Below, in pieces: positions 63,818-64,000 of a DNA stretch of 64,000 nt. The stretch spans positions 371,132,001-371,196,000 of the forward strand of contig OZ024740.1 of assembly GCA_964016885.1 (NCBI GenBank), read 5' to 3'. This DNA comes from Eledone cirrhosa (lineage: Eukaryota). The position numbers were made by a program, and so were the translations under genes. The stretch's first letter is position 1. Every line of letters begins with the position of its first letter. A model generated the notes under the pieces. The model did no database searches. It was not told the origin of the DNA and was given only the letters and a program-made list of their open reading frames with translations.

Positions 63818-64000
63818 AAACTGGCTGTCTGTTGTTGTGCTGTTTAACCCCAGGTCATCCCTAATGGAGCAGACTTATGATCACAATCACGATCATCCTA
63901 AGTTTGTTTAACTTTTATCATCCCATTGAAAGTTTTCTACATCTAATTGCCACTCCTGTAAGGTTTCAGCAAAAAATGCCTAAAATCAATTTTTTTTATT

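Overview
AT-rich, repeat-dense eukaryotic (animal) genomic DNA. The SINE/LINE repertoire and microsatellite load suggest a coleoid cephalopod such as Octopus; this is inference, not verified. Most ORFs in the supplied track are spurious or transposon-derived. Two host genes are visible only as short exons that the ORF track misses, and they point away from each other. On the - strand is the first coding exon of an ARL5-like small GTPase (15695-15740). On the + strand are two coding exons of a LAGE3/Pcc1 KEOPS subunit (35680-35786 and 48271-48399). These two exons are joined by a 12.5-kb minor-spliceosome (U12-type) intron whose only frame-preserving plausible acceptor is TG, giving a GT-TG intron. 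The rest of the window is mobile DNA: RTE LINEs carrying a C4HC3 PHD finger inside the RT ORF, a near-complete CR1-type LINE, a CRE-clade element interrupted by a solo LTR and a hAT transposon, an R4/Dong-like fragment, a deleted mariner, a non-autonomous Helitron, MITEs, two tRNA-derived SINE families, a Penelope-like hammerhead inverted repeat and a ~0.9-kb palindrome. Coordinates were counted by hand and degenerate element boundaries are approximate.
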